64,000 nt of DNA from contig JBKJJJ010000174.1 in assembly GCA_046598045.1 (NCBI GenBank), positions 32,001 to 96,000 of the forward strand, written 5' to 3'. Below the pieces are notes generated by a model that made no database searches, had not been told where the DNA came from, and worked only from the letters and a program-made list of their open reading frames with translations. Every line of letters starts with the position of its first letter. The stretch's first letter is position 1. A program made the position numbers and the translations under genes. Source of the stretch: Candidatus Eiseniibacteriota bacterium. Lineage in GTDB: Bacteria > Eisenbacteria > RBG-16-71-46 > DASYSL01. Of this stretch, positions 10,312 to 19,243 are shown in pieces.

Positions 10312-11064
10312 ATGGCGCATCCGTTTCTCCCACTGATCCCCCTGTACTTCGCCGCCTCCACCATCGTGGGCGGTCCGGTCGGCGTGCCGCCGGCAGACAC
10401 CCCGACCGCGCTGCACGCCTGCGCCATCGCCGCCATCACGAACGACGACGCCTCCGCTGCGACCGCGTGCGATCGCCTGCGCGCGAACGGCCCTGCAGGG
10501 CTCGACGCGCTGCTCAACGAACACAAGGACGTGCTTGCCCGGGGCGCGAGCGACCCGCGCTGGCCGCGGGTCACGGCCGCGATCGACCGCGTGGCGGCGC
10601 AGAAGGACGCGTTCTCCTCGCGGCTCTTCTGGTACACGGATCTCTAGGAGGCCAAGGCCGCGGCCCGCGCCACTGGCCGGCCGATCCTCTCGCTCCACAT
10701 GCCCGGGCGGCTTGATCGCAGTCCGCGCACTTCGCTCTACGCCGATCCGAAGGTCTCGGCGCTCCTGCGCGAGCGCTTCGTCCTCCACTGGGAGAGCGAG
10801 GCGAAAGCCCCGAGCGTCGTGCACTACGTGCTCGATGCCGACGGCCGCCCGGTCGATGCGATCCCCGCCGCGGCCGCCGCGAGCGAGTTCCGCGCGGAGC
10901 TGACGGAGGACGCCGACCTCGAGCGCGCGGTGCGCGGGCTTTCCCCGGCCGACCGCGCGGCGCGGCTGCTGCACCACCAGCAGCTGAGGCGCCGCGTGCT
11001 GAACGAGGAGTGGCCCGCGTTCATGGTGGATGCGCGGCCCGCACGCATGGAGGCAAGGGCGTAA
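10312..11064 (+). pseudogene. Exported hypothetical protein (thioredoxin-like segment) split by an in-frame TAG at 10645-10647
   Basis: ORFs 10312-10647 and 10699-11064 are in the same frame; the sequence reads SRLFWYTDL*EAKAAARATGRPILSL as a continuous motif. Confidence 0.65.
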
Positions 11065-11187
11065 TCGATCCGGCATGCGGTGCTGTCCCCGGATGCGCTG
11101 ATCCTTGCGTCGGGGCCGGCGCCGGTTCATCCTCCGGGTGGAGGCCCCGTTTCCCGGACCGTGATCCACCCGCAAGGAGCGCGACCC

Positions 11188-11466
11188 ATGGCGACCAAGA
11201 AATCCACCGGCAAGAAGACCCGACGCACGACGATGCGTTCCAGCACCGGCACGAAGCTGTACGCCGTGCGCGACGCCTCCGGTAAGTTCAAGGACATCCA
11301 GACCTACAAGCGCGCCCAGGGCGCCGACATCAAGCGCAGCTCGGCCGCGGAATCCGGCGGGAGCAAGAAGCTCGCGAAAAAGAAGGCTGCGAAAAAAGCG
11401 GCTGGGAGAAAAAAAGTCGCCGCGAAGAGGAAGGCGACGAAGAAGCGCGCGGCAAAGCGCAAGTAG
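11188..11466 (+). CDS. Small basic protein with a Lys/Ala-rich histone H1-like tail
   Basis: AAGGAG RBS; GTKLYAVRDASGKFKDIQTYKRA core followed by KKAAKK-type repeats. Confidence 0.8.
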   Translation: MATKKSTGKKTRRTTMRSSTGTKLYAVRDASGKFKDIQTYKRAQGADIKRSSAAESGGSKKLAKKKAAKKAAGRKKVAAKRKATKKRAAKRK

Positions 11467-11485
11467 CCCGCGCCGCAGCATGCGA

Positions 11486-11516
11486 AAGGCCGCCGAGCCT
11501 CTGGCCCGGCGGCCTT
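11486..11516. terminator. Probable bidirectional intrinsic terminator
   Basis: AAGGCCGCCG...CGGCGGCCTT inverted repeat between convergent genes. Confidence 0.6.
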
Positions 11517-11544
11517 GTTCGTTGTGGTTCCCCGAGCTTGCGTG

Positions 11545-12921
11545 TCAGGGCGCGTGAAATGTCGGCTTCCCCGGCGTGCCCTCGTTGGTGGCGACCTGCG
11601 GCAGCCTCTCGGGGCCGTCGTCGGCGTCCACCCAGCGCACGCCCTTGGAGCACGGGCAGACCGAGTCGGTCTTGCGCTTCAGCACGGGCGACTTCATCGC
11701 GGCCTGCTCGCTCGTCACCTCGCCGGCCGCGACCTTCCGGATCAGGTCCCGGTACTGCATCATGTCCTTGCTCGCGAGGTATGCCGCCGGCAGCACGCGC
11801 GCGAGGTGGCGGACGTACTCCTCGACGTCGGCAATCGGGTCGCCCTCGACCGACACCATGCGGTACGCCGGCTCGCCGCGGCGGCGAAAGAACTCGCGGT
11901 GCGGCATCTTGAGGATCTCGTCGTAGGTCGTGCCCTCGATCGTGGAACGCTCGCGCAGCAGCGTGGCGAGCATGCGCTCGATGTCGTCCGGCGACTTCGA
12001 CGCGTAGCGCGCGCGCAGGAAGCGCAGGTTGAGGTCGTGCAGCAGCTTCTTGACCTCGTCGTAGTACTTCGATTGCGCCTCGCGGTTCTTCATGTCCTTG
12101 AAGCCGAGCTTGATGTTGGTGTCGCCGCCGCGCTCGTCGCCGAACATCTCGAGCCCGCGCGGTACCCACTTGTTGATCGCCATCTGGATCTGCTCGGGCG
12201 TGATGAACGCGTCGCCCTGGGCGGCGGCCTCGAGCCAGCGCCGCATGGGCACCACGCCGGCCGCGAGGTGGAACGCCTCCTCGCGCAGCATCGGCGGCAT
12301 CGACTGGGCGAACGGGCGGTAGGCGCAAACCTTCTGCATCGAGAGCTGGTACTTGCCCACGCGGTCGATGATGCCCGAGAACACCACGTTGTCGACGAAC
12401 GAGTCGTAGGGGAGGTTGAACGCCTCGAGCACGTGGCTGCCGGTCTCCATCTGCAGCACGTCCTCGACCATGTCCTCGGTCTTGACGCCGGCGAGCTTCT
12501 CCCAGTTGCGGCTCGTGAGCATGTGGAACATCTGGTAGCCGTGGCGCAGTTCCTCGGCCATGACGCGCAGCACCCAGAACTTGTCCTGGTCCGACGGCGA
12601 GCGCTCGAGCGTCACCTGGTGCTGCTGGATCGAGCCGAACTCGGTCGAGGCCTGGGCGCGGATGATCGCGAGCAGGTGCTTCGCCGCGTCCTCGGTCAGC
12701 TCGCTCGGGTCTTCGGCCTTGGGCTGGCCCTGGTGCTCGCCGATCTCCTGCGTGCGCGACGTCGAGAGGTCGAGCTTGGCGCACAGACAGAACGCATCGT
12801 CGGCGGGGAAGTGCTTGTCCCAGTACTTGTGCAGGATCGGCAGGTCCTGGAAGTTGTGCTTCACCCAATGCGCGATCGCGTCTTCGTACTTCTTGGGAAT
12901 CTGCGTGGTCTCGACGTTCAT
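11545..12921 (-). CDS. Aromatic acyl-CoA epoxidase, di-iron catalytic subunit (BoxB/PaaA-like)
   Basis: Ferritin-like ligands Q.STEF.S.QQ, EELRH, DRVGKYQL, EEAFH; HVLEAFN; INKW...MFG. Confidence 0.8.
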   Translation of the reverse strand: MNVETTQIPKKYEDAIAHWVKHNFQDLPILHKYWDKHFPADDAFCLCAKLDLSTSRTQEIGEHQGQPKAEDPSELTEDAAKHLLAIIRAQASTEFGSIQQHQVTLERSPSDQDKFWVLRVMAEELRHGYQMFHMLTSRNWEKLAGVKTEDMVEDVLQMETGSHVLEAFNLPYDSFVDNVVFSGIIDRVGKYQLSMQKVCAYRPFAQSMPPMLREEAFHLAAGVVPMRRWLEAAAQGDAFITPEQIQMAINKWVPRGLEMFGDERGGDTNIKLGFKDMKNREAQSKYYDEVKKLLHDLNLRFLRARYASKSPDDIERMLATLLRERSTIEGTTYDEILKMPHREFFRRRGEPAYRMVSVEGDPIADVEEYVRHLARVLPAAYLASKDMMQYRDLIRKVAAGEVTSEQAAMKSPVLKRKTDSVCPCSKGVRWVDADDGPERLPQVATNEGTPGKPTFHAP

Positions 12922-12930
12922 CGCGCTCCC

Positions 12931-13383
12931 CTAGCCCAGTTTCTGTTCCAGCGCCGTGAGCGCGCTGGGTCCGAACCCGACCGCCTTGAGGAAGGTCGCG
13001 GTGTCGGTCTGCCCGGCGTCCACGAACGTGCGCATCGTGCGCGCGCCCGACGCCTTGAAGTGCCCGGCGAGCGCGTCGAACATCATGCGCCCGATGCCCT
13101 TGCCGCGCGCCGCCGGGTCGACCCCGAAGCGCTCGATCCAGCCGCTGGTCTCCTCCAGCCCGAATTCGCCGCCGCGCAGGTCGCCGAGCATGAAGCCCAC
13201 GACCTCGCCGCCCAGGTCGGCGACCCGGGAGGACTCGGGGTCGCGCCGCAGGTAGTAGGCCACCCGGTCCTCCCAGAAATCGGGGCGATAGCGCCCGGTG
13301 ACCTTCTCGTCGATCCGGGTGATTGCGTCGATGTCCGTGTCGGACAGCGGACGAATCGTGATTTCGGGGGCCACGGCCGCCAT
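12931..13383 (-). CDS. GNAT family N-acetyltransferase
   Basis: IRPL...D...I..ID, VVGFMLG...GEFG, GVDP..RGKGIG acetyl-CoA motif; AAGGAGG RBS. Confidence 0.88.
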   Translation of the reverse strand: MAAVAPEITIRPLSDTDIDAITRIDEKVTGRYRPDFWEDRVAYYLRRDPESSRVADLGGEVVGFMLGDLRGGEFGLEETSGWIERFGVDPAARGKGIGRMMFDALAGHFKASGARTMRTFVDAGQTDTATFLKAVGFGPSALTALEQKLG

Positions 13384-13612
13384 GAACGTCCTCCTTGGGG
13401 AGCGCCAGGAACGAGTCCAAAATACCACATTGGGCGGGCTTGCCGCAGCCCCGGGCGGGCCGTGATTCGGCACTTGCGGGGGCGGGGCCGCAATGGCTAA
13501 CGTCGTCTTGACGAGGAGGTGGGTTTTCGGGGGCTCCTCCGCAAGCCACCGAGTGGGGCCCGTACACCGACGGGCCCCGGCCCGCCTCCTTCCTTTTCTC
13601 CGGATCACCCCC

Positions 13613-14419
13613 ATGACCCACGCGCCATCCCCGGATACCGCGAACACGGTTCGCCTCGACGTGCGCGCGCACATCGCGTGGCTGACGATCGATCGCCCAC
13701 CGCTCAACATCCTCGACATCCCGACCAATCGCGCGCTCGCGGCGCAGGTGCGTGCGCTCGCCTCGCGCGACGACGTGCGCGTGGTCGCGCTCCAAGGCGC
13801 CGGGACGCGGGCGTTCTCGGCCGGCGTCGAGATCGCGGACCACACGAAGGAGCGCGTCGGGGCGATGCTCGAGGCGTTTCACGGAGTGTTTCGCGCGCTG
13901 CTCGAACTCGGCCGGCCCACGGTCGCGGTCGTGCGCGGCGCGGCGCTCGGCGGCGGCTGCGAGCTGGTGGCATTCGCCGATGGGGTGATCGCGAGCGAGT
14001 CGGCGACGTTCGGGCTGCCGGAGATCGTGCTCGGGTGTTTCCCACCGGTCGCGGCGCTGGTGCTGCCGGCGGTCGTGGGCGCGCACCACGCCGCCGAGTT
14101 GCTGCTCACCGGGGACCCGATCGACGCGCGCCGGGCGCTCGCGATCGGGCTGGTCAACGAGGTCCTGCCCGACGCCTCGTTCGACGCGGCCGCGGAGGCG
14201 TTCGCCCAACGCTTCGCGCGCCACAGTGGGGCCGCGCTTGCTCTGGCCCACGAGGCGATGCGGCCCGCCGCGCTGGGCGGGCGCTCGCGCGAGGAGTTCC
14301 TGCGCGAGCTGGCCCGGATCGAGGCGCTCTACCTGGAGCGCCTGATGGCGACGCACGACGCGAACGAGGGGATTGCCGCGTGGCGGGAGAAGCGTCTTCC
14401 TACGTGGTTAGATCGCTGA
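13613..14419 (+). CDS. Enoyl-CoA hydratase, cyclohexa-1,5-dienecarbonyl-CoA hydratase (Dch)-like
   Basis: PPLNILD, FSAGV..ADH, LGGGCEL, PEI.LGCFPP, C-terminal EALYLERLMATHDANEG...EKR..W.DR typical of Dch. Confidence 0.8.
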   Translation: MTHAPSPDTANTVRLDVRAHIAWLTIDRPPLNILDIPTNRALAAQVRALASRDDVRVVALQGAGTRAFSAGVEIADHTKERVGAMLEAFHGVFRALLELGRPTVAVVRGAALGGGCELVAFADGVIASESATFGLPEIVLGCFPPVAALVLPAVVGAHHAAELLLTGDPIDARRALAIGLVNEVLPDASFDAAAEAFAQRFARHSGAALALAHEAMRPAALGGRSREEFLRELARIEALYLERLMATHDANEGIAAWREKRLPTWLDR

Positions 14420-14570
14420 GATCAGCTCGGAGTGTCCTCCTTGGGGCCCGCGTACAATTGCGTTGCAACGTCCGATATCGTTCAGCACAGGGCATTAACC
14501 CCCGGGGCAAGGTAGACACACGGCCACCCCTGCACCCGCAGGGATGGCCGCGCTCACACCACCGCTGCAG

Positions 14571-15167
14571 CTAGCGGTAGTAGCCCTTCACGCTCCCCCA
14601 GCTCGAACGAATCGCCGGAGTTGGATCGAGTCCCCCGAACTCCACGAGCACGAACGTCTTGAGGCAATTGTTCGGCGGGCCGCAGCCCGGGCAATACACG
14701 CCGGAGCGTGCCGTCTCGTACCAGTTGCCGCCCCAGCACACCAGAACGGTCGAGAAGGCGCCGCACGAGACGAACGTGTTCCGGCGGAAGACGATCGCTT
14801 GCCCCGCCTCCGGCCCAGTGGCCCATTTCCAGACGCCCTGATCGAGGACACCTCCCGAGTACACCTCGGAACGCAGTTCGTTGTAGTCGAAGAGCATCTG
14901 CGCTTCCGCCTCGGTGTTGATCGTCGCCGCGTATCCCGGGAAGCCGAGGTAGCTGAGCGATGAGGCGAACTGCGCCGCGGCGTTCCACGAAAACGGCTCG
15001 CCCTCGGCGAGCGTGGCCTCCCACACTTGGTAATAGTGCCCCGTCGCGGGCAGGAACGAAGGGGGCGCGCTTCGCGCGTGCCACGTGTAGGCGTCGGCGG
15101 TCGTGAATGCGAGCATCCCCGCAATGAGAGTGCCGGTACAGAGTCCTGCTCGAACCAATGCGTCCAT
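14571..15167 (-). CDS. Secreted bacterial C-type lectin-like protein with a SSWGSVKGYYR tail
   Basis: Signal peptide; TGHYYQ, W.AA..FA, GY.ATI...E, WKWATGPEAG, VEFGG; GGAGGAG RBS. Confidence 0.7.
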   Translation of the reverse strand: MDALVRAGLCTGTLIAGMLAFTTADAYTWHARSAPPSFLPATGHYYQVWEATLAEGEPFSWNAAAQFASSLSYLGFPGYAATINTEAEAQMLFDYNELRSEVYSGGVLDQGVWKWATGPEAGQAIVFRRNTFVSCGAFSTVLVCWGGNWYETARSGVYCPGCGPPNNCLKTFVLVEFGGLDPTPAIRSSWGSVKGYYR

Positions 15168-15263
15168 GGTGTTTCTCCTCCTGTTGGAATCCGACGGCGG
15201 TGCTGCGGTGGATCACGCCCAATGGGCGCGAGTTGGGGGGAAAGTGGGTGTGGAAGGCGCCCC

Positions 15264-18200
15264 TTACCTAGAGCCCACGGCGACGAACGCGCCCCAGCCC
15301 TTCGGGTGTGTGCTGGCGTGGTTCTTCCGTCGGGACTCGATCATTGCGATCGACGCGCGGCGTGCGGCCTGCGTGAGGTCGCCATGCGCCGGTAGGTAGC
15401 CATTGTAGAACTCGCCGATCCAGATGCGGGTCTGCAGGTCGTCCACCCGCCAGAGGCTCATCACGAGCGAGCGGGCTCCCGCAAGTTGGAATGCGCGGCG
15501 GAGGCCCATCATGCCCTCGCCGGCCATGACGTCCCCAACCCCGCTCTCGCAGGCCGAGAGCACGGCGCACCGCGCCTTCGACAGGTCGAGCGCGCTGATT
15601 TCCTCCGCCGTGAGGATGCCGTCGTCGCCGGTTCCCTGTCCGCGCCGGTTTGCACCGGCGAACACCAAGCCGGACCGACGGAGGGGGTTGGGTTCCTGGC
15701 TCGATGCCGACTCGCGGCGTTGATCGACAACCTGCGGTCCGCTCGATGACGGGCTGCAGTTGTCCCCGAGGAAGAACCCATGACTCGCGACATGGATGTG
15801 TGCGCATCCCACCGCCAGGTGCTTGAAGGCGGTCTCTGTCGCTGCCTTCCCCATGAGTTGGTGCACGTTGCCGCCCCCTGCACGCCGCCAGGCCGCGGTG
15901 GTCTCGTCCGCCTCGACCGCTGTCTGCGCGAGCGGGTGGAACCGCTCGAGCGCGAAGCGAGCGCAGTCGGGCGCCGCGCCTCGGTAGACGCCACGAGATG
16001 AGAGCAAGGCCGGGAACGCCTTGGTCGGCGATTCCGCCGGGGCGGCGCCATCGAAGTCGACGTTGCCGACGACCAGCACCCCGCTCCCCGTGGCCGCCTC
16101 GGTGTTGCGCGCGACGAGGTCGCGCTCGCAGGTCTGAGGCGCAAAGACCGGGCCCGTCTCCTCGAGGTACTTGCCGCCCTCGACGGGCAGAGTCCCAAGG
16201 TTGATCAATTGCAGGGAGCCATCAGGGACGACGTAGAGGACTTTTGGGGATCCGAGAGCGCCGGCGACCGGATCCCACACCGCCTCGCGCAGCCGTCCAG
16301 CCGCGAGCCGGTACGAGGCTTCGCCCGCGGACATCGAAGCCGAGTCCGAGGTGGCCTGCCGGTGCCACTCCGCAACCCTCGAGTCGATCCCGGCGGCGTC
16401 CCCGAGCAGGATGAGCCGGGGAGCGCCGCCCGGCGTCAGGACGAACGCCGCATACGATGCGATGCGACGAGCGATCTCGTGGCGCGCGTCGCCATGCGGC
16501 CCGCGGCGCAGGTACCTCACATAGGAGAGGAGCGCGGTCCCGGGCGGGAGCGTTCTAGAGACCTCGGTGAGTCCGGCGCGGCTGCGCGCGGAATCGAGCG
16601 CGAACCGAGCGCTCAGTCCACCCAGGCGTCGCTCGATCGCCTCGACACTCCGCCTTGCGCTGTCGACACGCGCCTCGAAGTGCTCGATCGTGTCGTCGCC
16701 GGGTCCCTCTTCATGGAGCGTGGCCAGCGCTCCTGATTCGCGCGCCAACTCGGAGGCGACCCGGACCGTGGTGGTGTCCGTGCTGGTCCAGGTCGCGCGC
16801 AGTCGCTCGGAGATTCCGTCGAGCACGAGGCTGCGCGCGCGGATCACCGCGTCCCATGCCGTGACGACGCGGTCGGGCGCATTCGCGAGACTGATCGCCA
16901 GGTCGGTGCCAGATGGGCGAATCGAGGCGTAGTCGAGCGCCTCCCGCTCGGACAATCCTCGCAACGAGACGCGTAGGTGTTCGCGCCCCACGTTCTCGGC
17001 CTCGAGCGCGTAGCGGAACGCGTTAGCCGAATCTCCCATGTCGGCGAGCAGCCCCGAGAGCGCATCGCAGCTCTGCGCATAATCTGGGTGCTCCATGCCC
17101 AGCGTCGCCTTCCGCATCGAGAGCGCCCGTTCGTAGTCCCGGCGCGCGTCCGAGTAGTCGCCCAGGGCGTGCTCGACCTCGCCCAGATTGTCGAGCACGT
17201 GCGCCGTCATGACGTCGTCACCCGGGGACGTCTTGGACCACGCGGCAAGCGCGGTCTGGTAGCGCGTTTTTGCGAGCTCGAGGCTGTCCTGCATGAACGC
17301 GACGTAGCCCAGGTTGTCCCCGACTCGTGCGAGCTCCGGGTGACCCGGCGGATAGGCCTTGATCCAGATTGCCTGCGCGTGCAGGTACAGCGTCTCGGCC
17401 GCTGCGAAGTTGCCGAGCTCGCGCTGCGCGTTGCCCTCGTTGTTGTAGCTGCTCCCAACCGCCGGATGCCCCGGAGGCATGCGCTCGATGAAGATCGCGC
17501 GCGAGCGTTCGTACATCGGGATCGCCTCGGCCTGGTCGCCGAGACGCCGCAGCGTGCCGGCAAGCCCGTGGAGACCCTTGCCGACGTTCATGCCGGTCGG
17601 ACCCTCGAGCTTCTCCCACGTCCTCAGGACGTCCTCGTAACGCGCGCGCGCCTCGACGTACTGGCCGAGGTCGTTCATGAGCACTGCAAGGTTGTAGGTA
17701 TTGCCGGCGACCTCGCCCGGATCCGCGCCGGGCGTCGCACGCCACACCGAGTCGGCCTGCACGTACGCCGCGCGCGCGTTCGTGAAGCCCTGCGACAGGT
17801 AATAGAGCCTCCCGACGCCGTTGAGATTCCGCGCAAGGCCGCTTGCGTCGTTCGAACGTTCACGGATCCGTCGCGCGCCGGTCTGCGCGGCGATCGCAGG
17901 CGGGAAGTCGAAGAGCACTCCGAGCACGCCTGCGAGCTGCTCGAGGCTGGTCGCGAGCTCAGGAGACCCCGGCTGCAGGCGCTGCCGGATCCGGACGCTG
18001 CGTTCGGCCAGCGCGCGCGACGCGGAGTCGCGCACCGAGCTGCGAACGAGCCGGCCCTCGAGGACGAGATCCTGCACGCCAGCCAGCTCGATCGACGCCG
18101 TGTCCGCACGAGACTCGAATTCACCGATGACCTTCTGGCCGAGTGAGTCTGCGGGCGCGAAGCGGCGGGATCGAACCTGCGCGCGGAGCGAGTCGACCTC

Positions 18201-18275
18201 GGCGGGCGACGCAAGTGCGGTCCGGGGCGCCGGGGCGAGCGCCAGGGCAATCGCCAGGATCCATGCGCGCCTCAT
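15264..18275 (-). CDS. Exported TPR-CHAT (caspase-like) protease
   Basis: Signal peptide, kinesin-light-chain-type TPRs (HP..A...NNLG), CHAT with VPDGSL, HVASHGF (His) and LSACESG (Cys), SLWRVDD, HP..WGAF; ATG overlaps the anti-sigma stop (ATGA). Confidence 0.92.
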   Translation of the reverse strand: MRRAWILAIALALAPAPRTALASPAEVDSLRAQVRSRRFAPADSLGQKVIGEFESRADTASIELAGVQDLVLEGRLVRSSVRDSASRALAERSVRIRQRLQPGSPELATSLEQLAGVLGVLFDFPPAIAAQTGARRIRERSNDASGLARNLNGVGRLYYLSQGFTNARAAYVQADSVWRATPGADPGEVAGNTYNLAVLMNDLGQYVEARARYEDVLRTWEKLEGPTGMNVGKGLHGLAGTLRRLGDQAEAIPMYERSRAIFIERMPPGHPAVGSSYNNEGNAQRELGNFAAAETLYLHAQAIWIKAYPPGHPELARVGDNLGYVAFMQDSLELAKTRYQTALAAWSKTSPGDDVMTAHVLDNLGEVEHALGDYSDARRDYERALSMRKATLGMEHPDYAQSCDALSGLLADMGDSANAFRYALEAENVGREHLRVSLRGLSEREALDYASIRPSGTDLAISLANAPDRVVTAWDAVIRARSLVLDGISERLRATWTSTDTTTVRVASELARESGALATLHEEGPGDDTIEHFEARVDSARRSVEAIERRLGGLSARFALDSARSRAGLTEVSRTLPPGTALLSYVRYLRRGPHGDARHEIARRIASYAAFVLTPGGAPRLILLGDAAGIDSRVAEWHRQATSDSASMSAGEASYRLAAGRLREAVWDPVAGALGSPKVLYVVPDGSLQLINLGTLPVEGGKYLEETGPVFAPQTCERDLVARNTEAATGSGVLVVGNVDFDGAAPAESPTKAFPALLSSRGVYRGAAPDCARFALERFHPLAQTAVEADETTAAWRRAGGGNVHQLMGKAATETAFKHLAVGCAHIHVASHGFFLGDNCSPSSSGPQVVDQRRESASSQEPNPLRRSGLVFAGANRRGQGTGDDGILTAEEISALDLSKARCAVLSACESGVGDVMAGEGMMGLRRAFQLAGARSLVMSLWRVDDLQTRIWIGEFYNGYLPAHGDLTQAARRASIAMIESRRKNHASTHPKGWGAFVAVGSR

Positions 18276-19243
18276 CGTGTGCGCACTGAGAGTTGGAACC
18301 ACGAGTCCTGGAAGTCCTTCGTCGGATTTGCGGCGCTGGCAATCCGGAGCCGGTACAGGCCCGACACGAAGCCGTGCTCGCCGCGCGGGACCGCGATGCG
18401 CGGTGTGTCGGCGAACGAGCTCAACCGATCCTCTCGCCGAACCAGCAGGACGTGACTTGGATCCACAACCGTCACGATCACACGGCCATCGGGATCGAAC
18501 GGGGGCAGGTCGAACTCAACGGGGATCAGGTCGACGCCCGCATGGATCGTGTCGGCCGGGGCGCCCGGCGCGCGATCGGCGGCCGTGCGGATCGGGGTGC
18601 CGACGATCGCGGCGGACAGGTTCGGGGTCGATGGGGTCTCGACGGGAGCCGGCGGCGGGCTCACGGGGGCGGGTGCCGGCGTTCCGTGATCGACCGGCGC
18701 GGGCGCAACCGGCGTACCGGTCGCCGGGCCGCCCGGCGCCGGGCGATTCATCGGGTTCACGACCAGGATCAGCACCGCGGCCGCCGCGGCGACCAGCCCG
18801 CCGAAGGCGCTGCCCGTCCAGAATTCCCGCGATCGCCAGCGCGGCTGCGGCATGGGCACGACACGGGCCGTGTTCTGCGACAATAGGTCGAGCACCTCCC
18901 GGGACGGCTCGAGCCCGGCAACGTGCTTCAATTCGGGCGCGTGCCCGAGGTGCTTCAGGATTGCGCGGCATTCCTCGCACTCCACGAGGTGGCGCCGCGC
19001 GAGCTCGCGCTGGAGCCCGCGCAACGCGGGAGCCTGCTCGCCCCAGTGAATGATGAGTGGTTCGGGCAGGTGCCGCGACGGAGCGGCACCCGAGGCTCGT
19101 GCACGCTCGAGGACCTCGCGGCATTCGTCGCACAAAGCGGCATGCCGCTCGACCCGGTCGTCGTCGGCCGGGTCCAACAGACCCGCCGCGAACGGCGCGA
19201 GTTGACGCCGCGTCCAGTCGTGGTCGTCAGGCGCCGGCGTCAC
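18272..19243 (-). CDS. Transmembrane zinc-binding anti-sigma factor with two zf-HC2 motifs
   Basis: HAALCDEC and HLVECEEC (HxxxCxxC twice), one TM helix (AFGGLVAAAAAVLILVV), Pro-rich linker, extracytoplasmic domain; GTGA overlap with the sigma stop. Confidence 0.85.
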   Translation of the reverse strand: MTPAPDDHDWTRRQLAPFAAGLLDPADDDRVERHAALCDECREVLERARASGAAPSRHLPEPLIIHWGEQAPALRGLQRELARRHLVECEECRAILKHLGHAPELKHVAGLEPSREVLDLLSQNTARVVPMPQPRWRSREFWTGSAFGGLVAAAAAVLILVVNPMNRPAPGGPATGTPVAPAPVDHGTPAPAPVSPPPAPVETPSTPNLSAAIVGTPIRTAADRAPGAPADTIHAGVDLIPVEFDLPPFDPDGRVIVTVVDPSHVLLVRREDRLSSFADTPRIAVPRGEHGFVSGLYRLRIASAANPTKDFQDSWFQLSVRTR

